Source: a bacterium (GTDB lineage Bacteria; Patescibacteriota; Minisyncoccia; Phycocordibacterales; Zambryskibacteraceae). From it: DNA of 57,838 nt. The notes below the pieces were generated by a model that was not told the origin of the DNA, ran no database searches, and saw nothing but the letters and a program-made list of their open reading frames with translations. Below, piece after piece: positions 1 through 9,198 of the stretch (position 1 is its first letter; every line of letters begins with the position of its first letter). The position numbers and the translations under genes are program-made. The DNA lies in assembly GCA_030650605.1 (NCBI GenBank), contig JAUSDP010000070.1, forward strand, positions 1 through 57,838, read 5' to 3'.

Positions 1-2
1 CA

Positions 3-152
3 CAGGCTAAAATTGATTTGGCGTGGAACGAGATTGTCGGTTTCAGAAATATGGCGTTTCATGAATACATGAATCTTGAGCTCGATATTGTTTGGGACAC
101 AATACAACAAGATATCCCTGTATTAAAAGAAAAATTGTCTGAATATAAATAA
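3..152 (+). CDS. HepT/DUF86 (HEPN) ribonuclease toxin, 3' part (5' end outside window)
   Basis: Frame from base 3 reads QAKIDLAWNEIVGFRNMAFHEYMNLELDIVWDTIQQDIPVLK...*; RNxxxHxY HEPN motif. Confidence 0.85.
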   Translation, partial: QAKIDLAWNEIVGFRNMAFHEYMNLELDIVWDTIQQDIPVLKEKLSEYK

Positions 153-153
153 C

Positions 154-630
154 ATGAAAATTTTTGTAAGTTCAGATCACGCGGGGTTTGGTTTTAAAGA
201 GAAGTTAATTCCATTTCTCAAAGAACTGGGTCACGAAGTAGAGGATAAGGGTCCGTTTGAATACAATGAAGAAGATGATTATCCAGATTTTATCATTCCG
301 GTAGCCCGCGAGGTGTCTATGCATCCAAACGAAGTGAGGGGAATTGTCTTAGGCGGTTCCGGTCAAGGAGAGGGTATGGCGGCAAACAAATTCAAAAATA
401 TTCGCGCTACAGTTTATTATGGCCCAGGGCAATGCGTAGTTAAAGAGGAACATGAGTCCATAATACAAATTTCCCGAGCTGATAATGATGCCAATATGCT
501 TTCGCTGGGCGCAAGATTCATCACCGAAACAGAGATGAAGGAAGTCGTTAAAGAATGGCTTAACACCACATTTAAAAACACGGAGAAATACAAAAGACGT
601 ATCGCTAAAATGGATCGCATTCATGAGTGA
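154..630 (+). CDS. rpiB: Ribose-5-phosphate isomerase B
   Basis: SDHAG, DYPD, GSGQG, ANK and NMLSLGAR motifs. Confidence 0.95.
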   Translation: MKIFVSSDHAGFGFKEKLIPFLKELGHEVEDKGPFEYNEEDDYPDFIIPVAREVSMHPNEVRGIVLGGSGQGEGMAANKFKNIRATVYYGPGQCVVKEEHESIIQISRADNDANMLSLGARFITETEMKEVVKEWLNTTFKNTEKYKRRIAKMDRIHE

Positions 631-1180
631 AGTTATCCCCGCTATACTTGCCACAAGCGTTCCCGACCTTAGCGACAAAATCAATCAATTACCAGATGAG
701 GTAAAATTTGTTCATATTGACGTTCTCGAGCAAGATTTTTGGACAGATATTAATATCGATTTTGAGGTACATTTAATGGTATCTAAACCAGAGGAAATCA
801 TAGAACGTTGGGTGGAGAGACGAGCTAAGAGAATTATCGTTCACGAACTTAATGAAGAGATTAATAAATTCAGAGGCAAAGTAGAAATTGGTTTAGCAGT
901 GGAACTTGGCGTATCGTTGGAAGAAGTCTTTCTACTAATTCCTAAGGTAGATTTTATTCACCTTATGTCTATTGCCAAGATAGGTGAGCAGGGGCATCCG
1001 CTAGACGAACGAATTTTTGATAGAATAAAGAAGGTAAAAGAAATGTTTCCGCAAATACCAATAAGTGTCGATGGTGGGATAAATATCAACAATTATCAAG
1101 AACTTATAAATGCTGGCGCAAATAGATTGGTAGTTGGATCTAGCTTTAAAGATTTATGGAAATCACTGACGAACAAGTAA
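623..1180 (+). CDS. rpe: Ribulose-phosphate 3-epimerase (compact)
   Basis: HIDV, EVHLMV, VDGGIN and VVGS motifs; pentose-phosphate operon context. Confidence 0.9.
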   Translation: MSEVIPAILATSVPDLSDKINQLPDEVKFVHIDVLEQDFWTDINIDFEVHLMVSKPEEIIERWVERRAKRIIVHELNEEINKFRGKVEIGLAVELGVSLEEVFLLIPKVDFIHLMSIAKIGEQGHPLDERIFDRIKKVKEMFPQIPISVDGGININNYQELINAGANRLVVGSSFKDLWKSLTNK

Positions 1181-1236
1181 AACAATTGGAAGAAAAGGTG
1201 AACGATATCCGTATAATTTTTGATTTTGAAGATTGA
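1156..1236 (+). pseudogene. Vestigial transketolase N-terminus (26 codons)
   Basis: MEITDEQVKQLEEKVNDIRII resembles HDDKIKFFEEKANKIRESII of the intact tkt at 1980; overlaps the rpe 3' end like a coupled gene. Confidence 0.65.
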
Positions 1237-1266
1237 TTTCTTGTTAAAAAAGGCTATTATTAGTAT

Positions 1267-1548
1267 ATGACTAAATTAAGCGCACAATTACCGGTTTCAG
1301 TGTTTAAAGAAGGCAAGCATTTTATAGCTTATACGCCTGCCTTAGATTTATCTACCTCCGGAAAAACTTATGAACAAGCTATGGCTAGATTCAACGAAGC
1401 TACGGGTATCTTTTTTGATGAATTAGCCAAAAAAGGCACGACAGAAGAAGTTCTGTTAGGATTGGGTTGGGGAAAAGTAAAAAAACACTTGGCTCCGCCA
1501 AGTTTAATCGCGCAAGAGTTAAGACAAGTAGAATTCGCAGTAAGATAA
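1267..1548 (+). CDS. hicB: HicB-like antitoxin (short, no DNA-binding domain)
   Basis: FKEGKHFIAYTPALDLSTSGKTYEQA partial RNase H fold; adjacent to hicA. Confidence 0.8.
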   Translation: MTKLSAQLPVSVFKEGKHFIAYTPALDLSTSGKTYEQAMARFNEATGIFFDELAKKGTTEEVLLGLGWGKVKKHLAPPSLIAQELRQVEFAVR

Positions 1549-1554
1549 TAATCA

Positions 1555-1785
1555 ATGCCAGCGCTTAAGCCCATTAGCTGGAAAAAATTTGAGAAATTTG
1601 TTTTATACGCTGGATGCCGCTTTGAACGAAAGCGCGGCGATCACAGAGTTTATAACAGAGAAGACCTCAAAAGACCGGTAATTTTTCCAGAAGACAAGGA
1701 AATACCGGTTTTTATAATACGCAATAATTTGCGAACTTTGAGCATAAGTCATAATGAGTATTTGGCTATCTTGGAGAAAATTTAG
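1555..1785 (+). CDS. hicA: HicA-family mRNA interferase toxin
   Basis: 76 aa with RKRGDH (G-S/D-H) motif. Confidence 0.85.
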   Translation: MPALKPISWKKFEKFVLYAGCRFERKRGDHRVYNREDLKRPVIFPEDKEIPVFIIRNNLRTLSISHNEYLAILEKI

Positions 1786-1832
1786 ATTGTGGTAGAATTA
1801 AGTTATTAAAAAAGCAAATGAGAAGTTAGAAG

Positions 1833-1976
1833 ATGAATAAAAAGAAACTATTTTATAGAATATCCGGGACATTTTTTGTGATGGCCGTTTTATTTTTATT
1901 ATTGTATGTATATGGTCGCTTGAGTTATTCCGGACTTGGCTGGTTTGTTAATAATTTTTCAAAGGAATTTTCATAA
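1833..1976 (+). CDS. Small membrane protein, 47 aa (not in ORF track)
   Basis: MNKKKLFYRISGTFFVMAVLFLLLYVYGRL...; basic N-terminus plus hydrophobic stretch; stops 3 nt before tkt ATG. Confidence 0.5.
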   Translation: MNKKKLFYRISGTFFVMAVLFLLLYVYGRLSYSGLGWFVNNFSKEFS

Positions 1977-1979
1977 ATC

Positions 1980-2849
1980 ATGAATTATCTTCACGACGAT
2001 AAAATTAAATTTTTTGAAGAAAAGGCGAATAAGATTCGTGAATCAATTATTGAAATGCTGGTTGAGGCAGGGAGTGGGCACACCGCGGGACCCTTGGACA
2101 TGGCTGATATTTTTACTGTCCTCTTCTTTCACACCTTAAAACATAATCCTAAAAAACCAGATTGGCCAGAACGAGATAGACTAGTGCTCTCTAACGGTCA
2201 TATCTGCCCTGTACTCTATTCAACTATGGCCCATGCTGGCTACTTCCTAGTCGAAGAGCTCAAGACTTTGCGCAAGTTCGGCTCTCGCCTGCAAGGACAC
2301 CCGCATCGAGACTTTTTGCCAATGCTAGAGACCAGTTCGGGCCCTCTCGGCTCTGGGCTTTCCCAAGCGGTTGGCATGGCGCTCGCCGATAAGATTGACC
2401 ATGGCCTGACAAGCGAGCGACGTATCTACGCGTTCCTTTCCGATGGAGAACAGGAATGCGGACAAACTTGGGAAGCGGCTATGCTGGCCGGTAAAGAGAA
2501 ACTTCACAATCTTATTGCCGTGATAGACAGAAATAATATTCAAATAGATGGATACACGGAAAATATCATGCCTCTTGAGTCGCTTTCCGATAAGTGGCGC
2601 GCTTGGAATTGGCATGTGATAGAAATTGACGGACATAATATGGAAGAAATTGCCGACGCTTTCGAAACAGCCAAAGCAATCTTTGGCAAACCGACTGTGA
2701 TTATCGCCCACACTATAGCTGGTAAGGGTGTGAGAGAATTCGAACGAGATTATCGTTGGCATGGTAAACCACCCAACAAGGAAGAAGGCGAAATGGCCAT
2801 CAATGAATTAAGAACGCTTGGTGGTAAAATCAAAAGCGAACATGAATAA
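1980..2849 (+). CDS. tktA: Transketolase, N-terminal subunit
   Basis: GSGH, DRLVLSNGH, LQGHP, SDGE...E..W TPP motif, WHGK. Confidence 0.95.
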   Translation: MNYLHDDKIKFFEEKANKIRESIIEMLVEAGSGHTAGPLDMADIFTVLFFHTLKHNPKKPDWPERDRLVLSNGHICPVLYSTMAHAGYFLVEELKTLRKFGSRLQGHPHRDFLPMLETSSGPLGSGLSQAVGMALADKIDHGLTSERRIYAFLSDGEQECGQTWEAAMLAGKEKLHNLIAVIDRNNIQIDGYTENIMPLESLSDKWRAWNWHVIEIDGHNMEEIADAFETAKAIFGKPTVIIAHTIAGKGVREFERDYRWHGKPPNKEEGEMAINELRTLGGKIKSEHE

Positions 2850-3513
2850 ACGGCTCATAATTATAATTGTATTAACATTGATGGCATTGGCCGGAATATA
2901 TTTTTTGGTTTTCCACACCTATTGCGAGACTGTTGATTCGATTAGTTCCGGATTGAAATCTCCGCAGGAAGTATTTCCAGGCACTGATAATGTAAATTGC
3001 AAGAATTATTTTAAAGCATTTTTGATGCTGTTTAATAAAGGGCCGAAAAATGCCGAACGCACTACGCCATCAACATCCTTTGGCACAAAAATTGACACCT
3101 CAACCTGGCAAACCTACCGCAACGAAAAATACGGGTTTGAGATGAGGTATCCAGCAGACCTTACTATGCAGAAAGGATCTGATGCAGAACGGGAGATTTC
3201 TTGGGACGGGAAATTAAACGGCATATCCTATATCTTGACTTATGGGTATATTTCTCAAAATAGTCTTAATATGATGGGCATTACTTATTGTGGAGCATAT
3301 CCAGAAGATGCGCGTTGTGAAAATTTTAAGTGGGATGATTTAAAGGCGGCGATTGACTGGGATATTGAAACCGAAGGCGCATTTACCAAATCAAACGCAG
3401 AGATTAGGCATCCTAATGGCGGTTTTGTCGTAGTTAGTATTTATCACCGTCCCACTCAAGACGTTAAAACGTTTTTTCGCCAAATCCTCTCCACTTTTAA
3501 ATTTACGAAATAA
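2842..3513 (+). CDS. Membrane-anchored hypothetical protein with PsbP-like WQTYRNEKYGFEMRYP module
   Basis: N-terminal TM helix; start taken at ATG 2842; lies between the two tkt subunits. Confidence 0.7.
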   Translation: MNKRLIIIIVLTLMALAGIYFLVFHTYCETVDSISSGLKSPQEVFPGTDNVNCKNYFKAFLMLFNKGPKNAERTTPSTSFGTKIDTSTWQTYRNEKYGFEMRYPADLTMQKGSDAEREISWDGKLNGISYILTYGYISQNSLNMMGITYCGAYPEDARCENFKWDDLKAAIDWDIETEGAFTKSNAEIRHPNGGFVVVSIYHRPTQDVKTFFRQILSTFKFTK

Positions 3514-3514
3514 T

Positions 3515-4504
3515 ATGCCAATAAATCCAGATTTAAAATTGAATACGAAAATGTTCGATGAAAAAGTCGAGCAAGTGCCTATTCGTCAAGGATTTGGTGA
3601 AGGATTATTGGAGGCGGGGGAAAAAAACATGCAGGTGGTCGGGCTCTGCGCCGATCTAACCGAGTCTACCAAAATGAATCTTTTCGCGGATAAATTTCCC
3701 AACCGATTTATCCAAGTAGGAGTAGCTGAACAGAATCTAGCTTCTGTCGCCAGTGGTTTAGCGGCTATGGGTAAGATTCCCTTCATCAGTTCGTATGCAA
3801 TGTTTTCTCCCGGTAGAAATTGGGAGCAAATTCGTACCACTATTTGTTATAACAATCGACCAGTCAAAATTGTTGGTTCACATGCTGGAATCTCTGTCGG
3901 ACCAGATGGTGGCACGCACCAAGCCATAGAAGATATCACAATTACCCGTGTCCTTCCTCGTATGGTAGTGCTATCTCCATGTGATGCTATAGAAGCCAAG
4001 AAAGCAACTCTTGTAAGTGTGGACACAGGCACACCGGTTTATCTTCGTTTAGCTCGTGAAAAAACACCTATTATGACAACGGTAGTGACACCTTTTGAAC
4101 TTGGGAAAGCGCAGATATTCTGGCAGTCGACAAAACCTCAAGTAGGAATCGTGGCTACTGGTGCGCTTCTACACAAGGCGCTTGTAGCTGCTAAAGAACT
4201 TGAGGAGAAGGGGACTGAAGTAGAAGTAATGAATCTTACGACTATTAAACCTTTGGATGAGAAAGCGATAATCGAATTTGCAAAAAATACTGGGAAAATT
4301 ATAACAGTAGAGGAGCATCAAATACGAGGTGGTATGGGTTCCGCAGTAGCCGAGTGTCTAGTCAAAAACTTTCCAGTACCTATGGAATTTATCGGGGTAG
4401 ATGACCAATTTGGCCAATCAGGCACTCCTGAAGAACTTATAGAATACTATGGCATGGGAACAAATAGTATTATTCAGGCAGTAAATAAAATTCTGAAGCG
4501 TTAG
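3515..4504 (+). CDS. tktB: Transketolase, C-terminal subunit
   Basis: GVAEQN, GPDGGTHQ, VEEH and FGQSG motifs. Confidence 0.95.
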   Translation: MPINPDLKLNTKMFDEKVEQVPIRQGFGEGLLEAGEKNMQVVGLCADLTESTKMNLFADKFPNRFIQVGVAEQNLASVASGLAAMGKIPFISSYAMFSPGRNWEQIRTTICYNNRPVKIVGSHAGISVGPDGGTHQAIEDITITRVLPRMVVLSPCDAIEAKKATLVSVDTGTPVYLRLAREKTPIMTTVVTPFELGKAQIFWQSTKPQVGIVATGALLHKALVAAKELEEKGTEVEVMNLTTIKPLDEKAIIEFAKNTGKIITVEEHQIRGGMGSAVAECLVKNFPVPMEFIGVDDQFGQSGTPEELIEYYGMGTNSIIQAVNKILKR

Positions 4505-4507
4505 TAT

Positions 4508-5494
4508 TTACTTTAATTGTTTAGCTAGAAAATTGGTAGGTGCGTCTTTGAGATATTTTTCTATTTGAGGACGAGTGAGAAGTCCTTTTTGCGCTCCTAC
4601 TTGCTGAACAACTGACATGGAGTTAATAGCGCCCCAAGAGAGGGCGGTAGGAAGGTCGTGATCAAGCGCCAGGGCTGCCACAGTGGTGGAAGCAAAAGCG
4701 TCACCGGCGCCAGTACGCTCGTATGGTGGTTTGGGATCTGGGTATGGTAACTGGAACCAGACATCTTTTCCATCAAAAACATGTGCCCCCTTAGATCCAT
4801 CAGTAATAACCACCATCTTCGGTCCAAGGGCGTACATACGCCTTAAGAGTTCAGTTATACCTAAAGTATCAATACTAAGAATCTTTTCGGCCTCTCCAAC
4901 ATTACAAAAAAAGATATTGCTTCTTTCGTAGATATTTTTTAGTTTTTCTTTACCAAAATTCATTTGGAATATACCAGGTTGGAAAGCAAGATGGATATTG
5001 GGATGTATATTGAGATATTCAATAATCTTCGTATGAAAGTCTAAAGAATCTTCTCCAAGTGATGTAAGATAGATCCATTTTGGCTCAGCTATATCGGGTA
5101 AGTTATATTTGAACTTGCTGTGTTTCTGAAGAATTGTTCTATCGTCATCGTACCAAAGTACGTAGTGATAATTGGTCTTTTCATTTTCATGGATAGCAAT
5201 AAATTCCGTTGCTACATTTTCAAGTTTAAGTGTATTGAGGCATTTCTCACCATCTGAATCCTTACCAACATTAGCTACTAGCGCTGACTTTAAACCTAAT
5301 CGACTCGCAGAGACAGAGGCGTTTCCCGCATTACCAACAGCAGGTATTTCTATCGCAAATTCATAAGGAATTTTGGCGGCAAATGGAAGACAAATCTGGC
5401 AATTCTCTTTATCAATATCGCATTGAACATCCGCATTTTCAAGCTTAATAAAGGCATCTATGGTTGTCTCTCCGATAGCTACGAGGTCATACAT
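4508..5494 (-). CDS. PfkB-family carbohydrate kinase
   Basis: GNAGN N-terminal motif and RTGAGDAF signature. Confidence 0.9.
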   Translation of the reverse strand: MYDLVAIGETTIDAFIKLENADVQCDIDKENCQICLPFAAKIPYEFAIEIPAVGNAGNASVSASRLGLKSALVANVGKDSDGEKCLNTLKLENVATEFIAIHENEKTNYHYVLWYDDDRTILQKHSKFKYNLPDIAEPKWIYLTSLGEDSLDFHTKIIEYLNIHPNIHLAFQPGIFQMNFGKEKLKNIYERSNIFFCNVGEAEKILSIDTLGITELLRRMYALGPKMVVITDGSKGAHVFDGKDVWFQLPYPDPKPPYERTGAGDAFASTTVAALALDHDLPTALSWGAINSMSVVQQVGAQKGLLTRPQIEKYLKDAPTNFLAKQLK

Positions 5495-5525
5495 TCAGAA
5501 AGTATATCATGATAGAATTAAAGAA

Positions 5526-6392
5526 ATGAAAACATTACGTGAATACTTGGCGTGGGCAGAAGAAAATCAAGTTGCGATAGGGCATTTTAATATTTCAGAT
5601 TCAGAAGGATTCAAGGCCGTGGTTGAAGGAGCTAAGGACATGTCTGCGCAGGCAGGACTCAATGTTCCAGTAATCATCGGAGTTTCCGAAGGAGAGAGAG
5701 ATTTCATCGGACTTGAAGAAGTAGTTTCCCTAGTAAAAACAGCTCGAACTAATGATCTTCCTATATTTATCAATGCTGACCACACTTATTCTGTAGAAAA
5801 AGCGAAGCTTGCTATTGACGCAGGAGTGGACAGTGTCATTATTGACGAAGTAGAAAAAACTCTGGAAGAGAATATCAAATTAACTACAGAAGTTGTCAAA
5901 TATGCTCGCTCAAAAAACTCTGAAGTTTTGATCGAAGGAGAACTCGGATTTATTGGTAAATCATCTAAATTACTCGATGCCGTGCCAATTGGCGTCTCGG
6001 AAAAAACACAAACTAATCCTCAAGAGGCAGCTAGATTTGTTAAAGAGACTGGTATTGATCTTTTAGCACCATCAGTCGGTAATATACACGGTATCGTCAA
6101 GACTGGTGAGCCTAGACTAAATATTGAGCGTATTAAGGCTATCAGAGAAGCAGTTAGAGTACCTTTAGTATTACACGGCGGTTCGGGAAACAAGGATGAG
6201 GAATTTCTTGAAGCAATAAAGGCTGGTATCAGAATCATCCATATTAATACTGAATTGAGAATCGCTTACAAAGAAGGTATAGAAGAGGGGATCAGATCAG
6301 GTGAAATAGCACCTTACAAATTCTTAGCTGAAGGTGTAGAAGAAATGAAAAAAGTAGTGCGTGATCGACTAAAATTATTTAATAGGATATGA
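5526..6392 (+). CDS. fba: Class II fructose-bisphosphate aldolase
   Basis: ADH, EGELG, GNIHG, LVLHGGSG and INTE motifs; start at ATG 5526. Confidence 0.9.
   Translation: MKTLREYLAWAEENQVAIGHFNISDSEGFKAVVEGAKDMSAQAGLNVPVIIGVSEGERDFIGLEEVVSLVKTARTNDLPIFINADHTYSVEKAKLAIDAGVDSVIIDEVEKTLEENIKLTTEVVKYARSKNSEVLIEGELGFIGKSSKLLDAVPIGVSEKTQTNPQEAARFVKETGIDLLAPSVGNIHGIVKTGEPRLNIERIKAIREAVRVPLVLHGGSGNKDEEFLEAIKAGIRIIHINTELRIAYKEGIEEGIRSGEIAPYKFLAEGVEEMKKVVRDRLKLFNRI
5639..5656 (+). repeat. Hairpin element family B, in-frame in fba (MSAQAG)
   Basis: CATGTCTGCGCAGGCAGG; related to 22668-22688. Confidence 0.7.
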
Positions 6393-8038
6393 ATGCGAGA
6401 GATGATATAAAGCAATTTTTTAAAGGCGAAGTTTTAGACGATGAGATAACACTCAAGACATACTCACGAGATGCAAGTCTTTTTAAAGTTAAACCTGAGC
6501 TAGTAGTTTTTCCAAAGGATGTTGAAGACTTGAAAGCCTTGGTCAAGTGGGTAACGGAGAATCCTGGACATTCGATAACTATTCGAGCAGCTGGTTCGGA
6601 TATGACCGGCGGACCATTAAGTGAGTCCATAGTTGCCAATGTTACTAAACATTTAAACCGGATTGGGATAATAGAAGGTAATGAAATAACTACTGAGCCG
6701 GGTGTGTTTTATCGTGATTTCGAGAAAAAAACACTTGAGAAAAACCTTATCCTACCCTGCTTTCCAGCATCCAAGAATCTCTGCGCTCTCGGTGGTATGA
6801 TTTCCAATAACTGTGCCGGGGAAAGAACTCTACGTTACGGTAAGATGGAAAATTATGTCTTAGAATCTAAAGTAATTCTATCAGATGGTCAAGAATATAT
6901 AGTCAAACCTCTCAACAAAACGGAACTTGAAACTAAAATAGCTCAAGCAGATTTTGAGGGAGAAGTTTATAATAAAATAAATGAATTACTGATTTCTAAT
7001 GACGAATTAATTAAGAAGGCAAAACCTAATGTCTCAAAGAATTCTGCAGGATATTATTTGTGGAATATAAAAAAAGATGAAATTTTTGATCTCAATAAAC
7101 TCCTAGTCGGCTCGCAGGGCACACTCGGCATAGTGACTGAAATGAAGCTTAAATTAGTACCAGAGAAAAAATATCATGATATGGTGGCACTTTTCTTCAA
7201 ATCATGGGAAGAATTACCTCAAGCGGTAAACGCTATTTTACTTTATGATCCAGAGAGTCTAGAGACATTTGATAAAGACACTTTAAAACTTGGCATTCAC
7301 TTCATGCCGGAGATTGCCAAGAAAACTGGGAGCAATTTCTTATCCTTTGCTATGCAATTTATTCCGGAAGCTATTATCGGTATAGAAATGCATGGCCTGC
7401 CAGAACTGATTGTGCTAGTTGAGATATCAGAAAATACGGAAGAAGAGGTAAAGGCCAAGGTCAAAAATATAGTTGAAGCAATCAAACCTTTTAAAGTCTG
7501 GTCCCGAGTAGTGGAGAAGGATTCGGAGGAAGAGAAGTTTTGGGTCATGCGTCGTGAGTCATTTAATCTCCTACGACAACATGTGAAAGAAAAGAGAACG
7601 GCCCCCTTTATTGACGACTTCTGTATTCTGCCAGACAAAATACCAGAGTTTCTGCCTAGAGCACTAAAGATTCTTAGCGATCATGGTATAGAGACAAATA
7701 TTGCCGGTCATGCTGGCAATGGCAATTACCACATCATTCCACTGATGGACTTAAGAGAAGAAAGTGAGCGAAACAAGATCACTATTGTTGCCGATAAATT
7801 TTATGACCTTGTGGCAGAATATGGTGGCTCAATCACCGCTGAACATAATGACGGTATTATCCGCACTCCGTATTTGAACAAAATGTATAGCTCGCAAGTG
7901 CTAGAACTTTTTAAAAAAACTAAAGAAATCTTCGATCCTCTCAATATTTTTAACCCCGGCAAGAAAGTCCCTTCGACAGGCTCAGGACAAGTAAGCGGAA
8001 CTTTAGAGTACCTTGAATCTCACATAGCTATTGAATAA
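6389..8038 (+). CDS. FAD-binding oxidoreductase (GlcD/D-lactate dehydrogenase-like)
   Basis: GSQGTLG, GHAGNGNYH, AEHNDG and FNPGK motifs. Confidence 0.9.
   Translation: MNARDDIKQFFKGEVLDDEITLKTYSRDASLFKVKPELVVFPKDVEDLKALVKWVTENPGHSITIRAAGSDMTGGPLSESIVANVTKHLNRIGIIEGNEITTEPGVFYRDFEKKTLEKNLILPCFPASKNLCALGGMISNNCAGERTLRYGKMENYVLESKVILSDGQEYIVKPLNKTELETKIAQADFEGEVYNKINELLISNDELIKKAKPNVSKNSAGYYLWNIKKDEIFDLNKLLVGSQGTLGIVTEMKLKLVPEKKYHDMVALFFKSWEELPQAVNAILLYDPESLETFDKDTLKLGIHFMPEIAKKTGSNFLSFAMQFIPEAIIGIEMHGLPELIVLVEISENTEEEVKAKVKNIVEAIKPFKVWSRVVEKDSEEEKFWVMRRESFNLLRQHVKEKRTAPFIDDFCILPDKIPEFLPRALKILSDHGIETNIAGHAGNGNYHIIPLMDLREESERNKITIVADKFYDLVAEYGGSITAEHNDGIIRTPYLNKMYSSQVLELFKKTKEIFDPLNIFNPGKKVPSTGSGQVSGTLEYLESHIAIE
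7969..7991 (+). repeat. Element family A, in-frame (PSTGSGQ)
   Basis: CCCTTCGACAGGCTCAGGACAAG; 21/23 identical to 30625-30647. Confidence 0.85.
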
Positions 8039-8052
8039 ATCTTAAATTTGAG

Positions 8053-8092
8053 CATACGTTACTTTTACGCGACCGCATTATTGTAACGTATG
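8053..8092. repeat. Intergenic palindrome family G (CGGTCG-core hairpin)
   Basis: CATACGTTAC...GCGACCGC...GTAACGTATG; related to 33855 and 38454. Confidence 0.7.
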
Positions 8093-8117
8093 GCTGGATT
8101 AAACTATTACACTCGAT

Positions 8118-8146
8118 TTGACATTAGGGTAGAGTTATGATAGGAT
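8118..8146 (+). promoter_or_regulatory. Sigma70 promoter
   Basis: TTGACA-17-TAGGAT; AAGGAGG at 8184. Confidence 0.7.
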
Positions 8147-8198
8147 TGTAGCAGACTTGAGTTAAGATAAATTCATCCAAAAGAAGGAGGAAAATACG

Positions 8199-8456
8199 AT
8201 GAAGACTCTAAAAATTGCTCTACTGGTGGGAGTTATGTTTCTACTCTCTGCCTGTGATTCGGTATTCCGTGGACCAGCCGAAATAACAACACAACACGGG
8301 AAAGTTGCCTGTCCGGATGGGTTAAGATTCCGCGGAGATATAACAGAGCCCGGAGACATGGTGATTTGCCTTGGTTCTCACAACACAATTGGAAACACCA
8401 ATGATCTTCTGTTCTATTTAAAGGACATCACCGCTTTAAATGCCCAACAAAAGTAA
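8199..8456 (+). CDS. Orphan lipoprotein
   Basis: LLSAC lipobox, strong SD, own terminator. Confidence 0.75.
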   Translation: MKTLKIALLVGVMFLLSACDSVFRGPAEITTQHGKVACPDGLRFRGDITEPGDMVICLGSHNTIGNTNDLLFYLKDITALNAQQK

Positions 8457-8477
8457 ACATGTTTCGTAACTCCCACC

Positions 8478-8510
8478 GCGGGGCCCATCAGTGGCCCCGC
8501 TTTCATTTTC
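8478..8510 (+). terminator. Intrinsic terminator
   Basis: GCGGGGCC/GGCCCCGC stem followed by a T-rich tail. Confidence 0.75.
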
Positions 8511-8535
8511 ATTATTATTCAGGTAAAATACGAAT

Positions 8536-9198
8536 ATGCTTACCTTGAAGGCAGAAATACGGGATAAACAGACCAAATTGGAATCTATAAGAAAAGCGGG
8601 AAGAATTCCTGCAGTCTTTTACGGTAAAAAGGAAGCATCTACCACGATTTCTATTCCTAAAATTGATTTTTTGAAAGTATGGAAAGAAGCGGGAACATCG
8701 AGTGTAGTTAATCTAGAAACCCCAGAAGGTGATAAAGAAAGCCTCATACAAGATGTAGATTTAGATCCCGTCACAGGCACTCCTCGTCATGCAGATTTTT
8801 ACATCTTTGAAAAGGGTCATAAAGTTGAGGTTGAATTACCTCTAGAATTCATCGGAATTTCTCCGGCTATAAAGGATCTAGGCGGTATGCTTGTGAAGGT
8901 CCTCCACGAAGTAAAGGTAGAAGCCATGCCGAAGGATTTACCACACAACATTAAAATAGATATAAGTTCTCTGGCCAGTTTCGGTGACCAAATTTTGGCC
9001 CGTAATATTGTTTTGCCTAATGGAGTAACACTTCTTGCTAGTCCTGAAGAGGTAGTAGCTACGATCTCAGCACCTCGTGAAGAAAAAGAGGAAGTAGCAC
9101 CAGTAGATCTTTCAGCTATAGAAGTTGAAAAGAAGGGCAAGGAAGAGACTACAGAAACTAATGAAAGCGACACAAAAAAAGAAACGCCTCCAGCTTAA
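8536..9198 (+). CDS. rplY: 50S ribosomal protein L25/Ctc
   Basis: RKAGRIPAVFYG and HADFY motifs; Ctc C-domain. Confidence 0.95.
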   Translation: MLTLKAEIRDKQTKLESIRKAGRIPAVFYGKKEASTTISIPKIDFLKVWKEAGTSSVVNLETPEGDKESLIQDVDLDPVTGTPRHADFYIFEKGHKVEVELPLEFIGISPAIKDLGGMLVKVLHEVKVEAMPKDLPHNIKIDISSLASFGDQILARNIVLPNGVTLLASPEEVVATISAPREEKEEVAPVDLSAIEVEKKGKEETTETNESDTKKETPPA

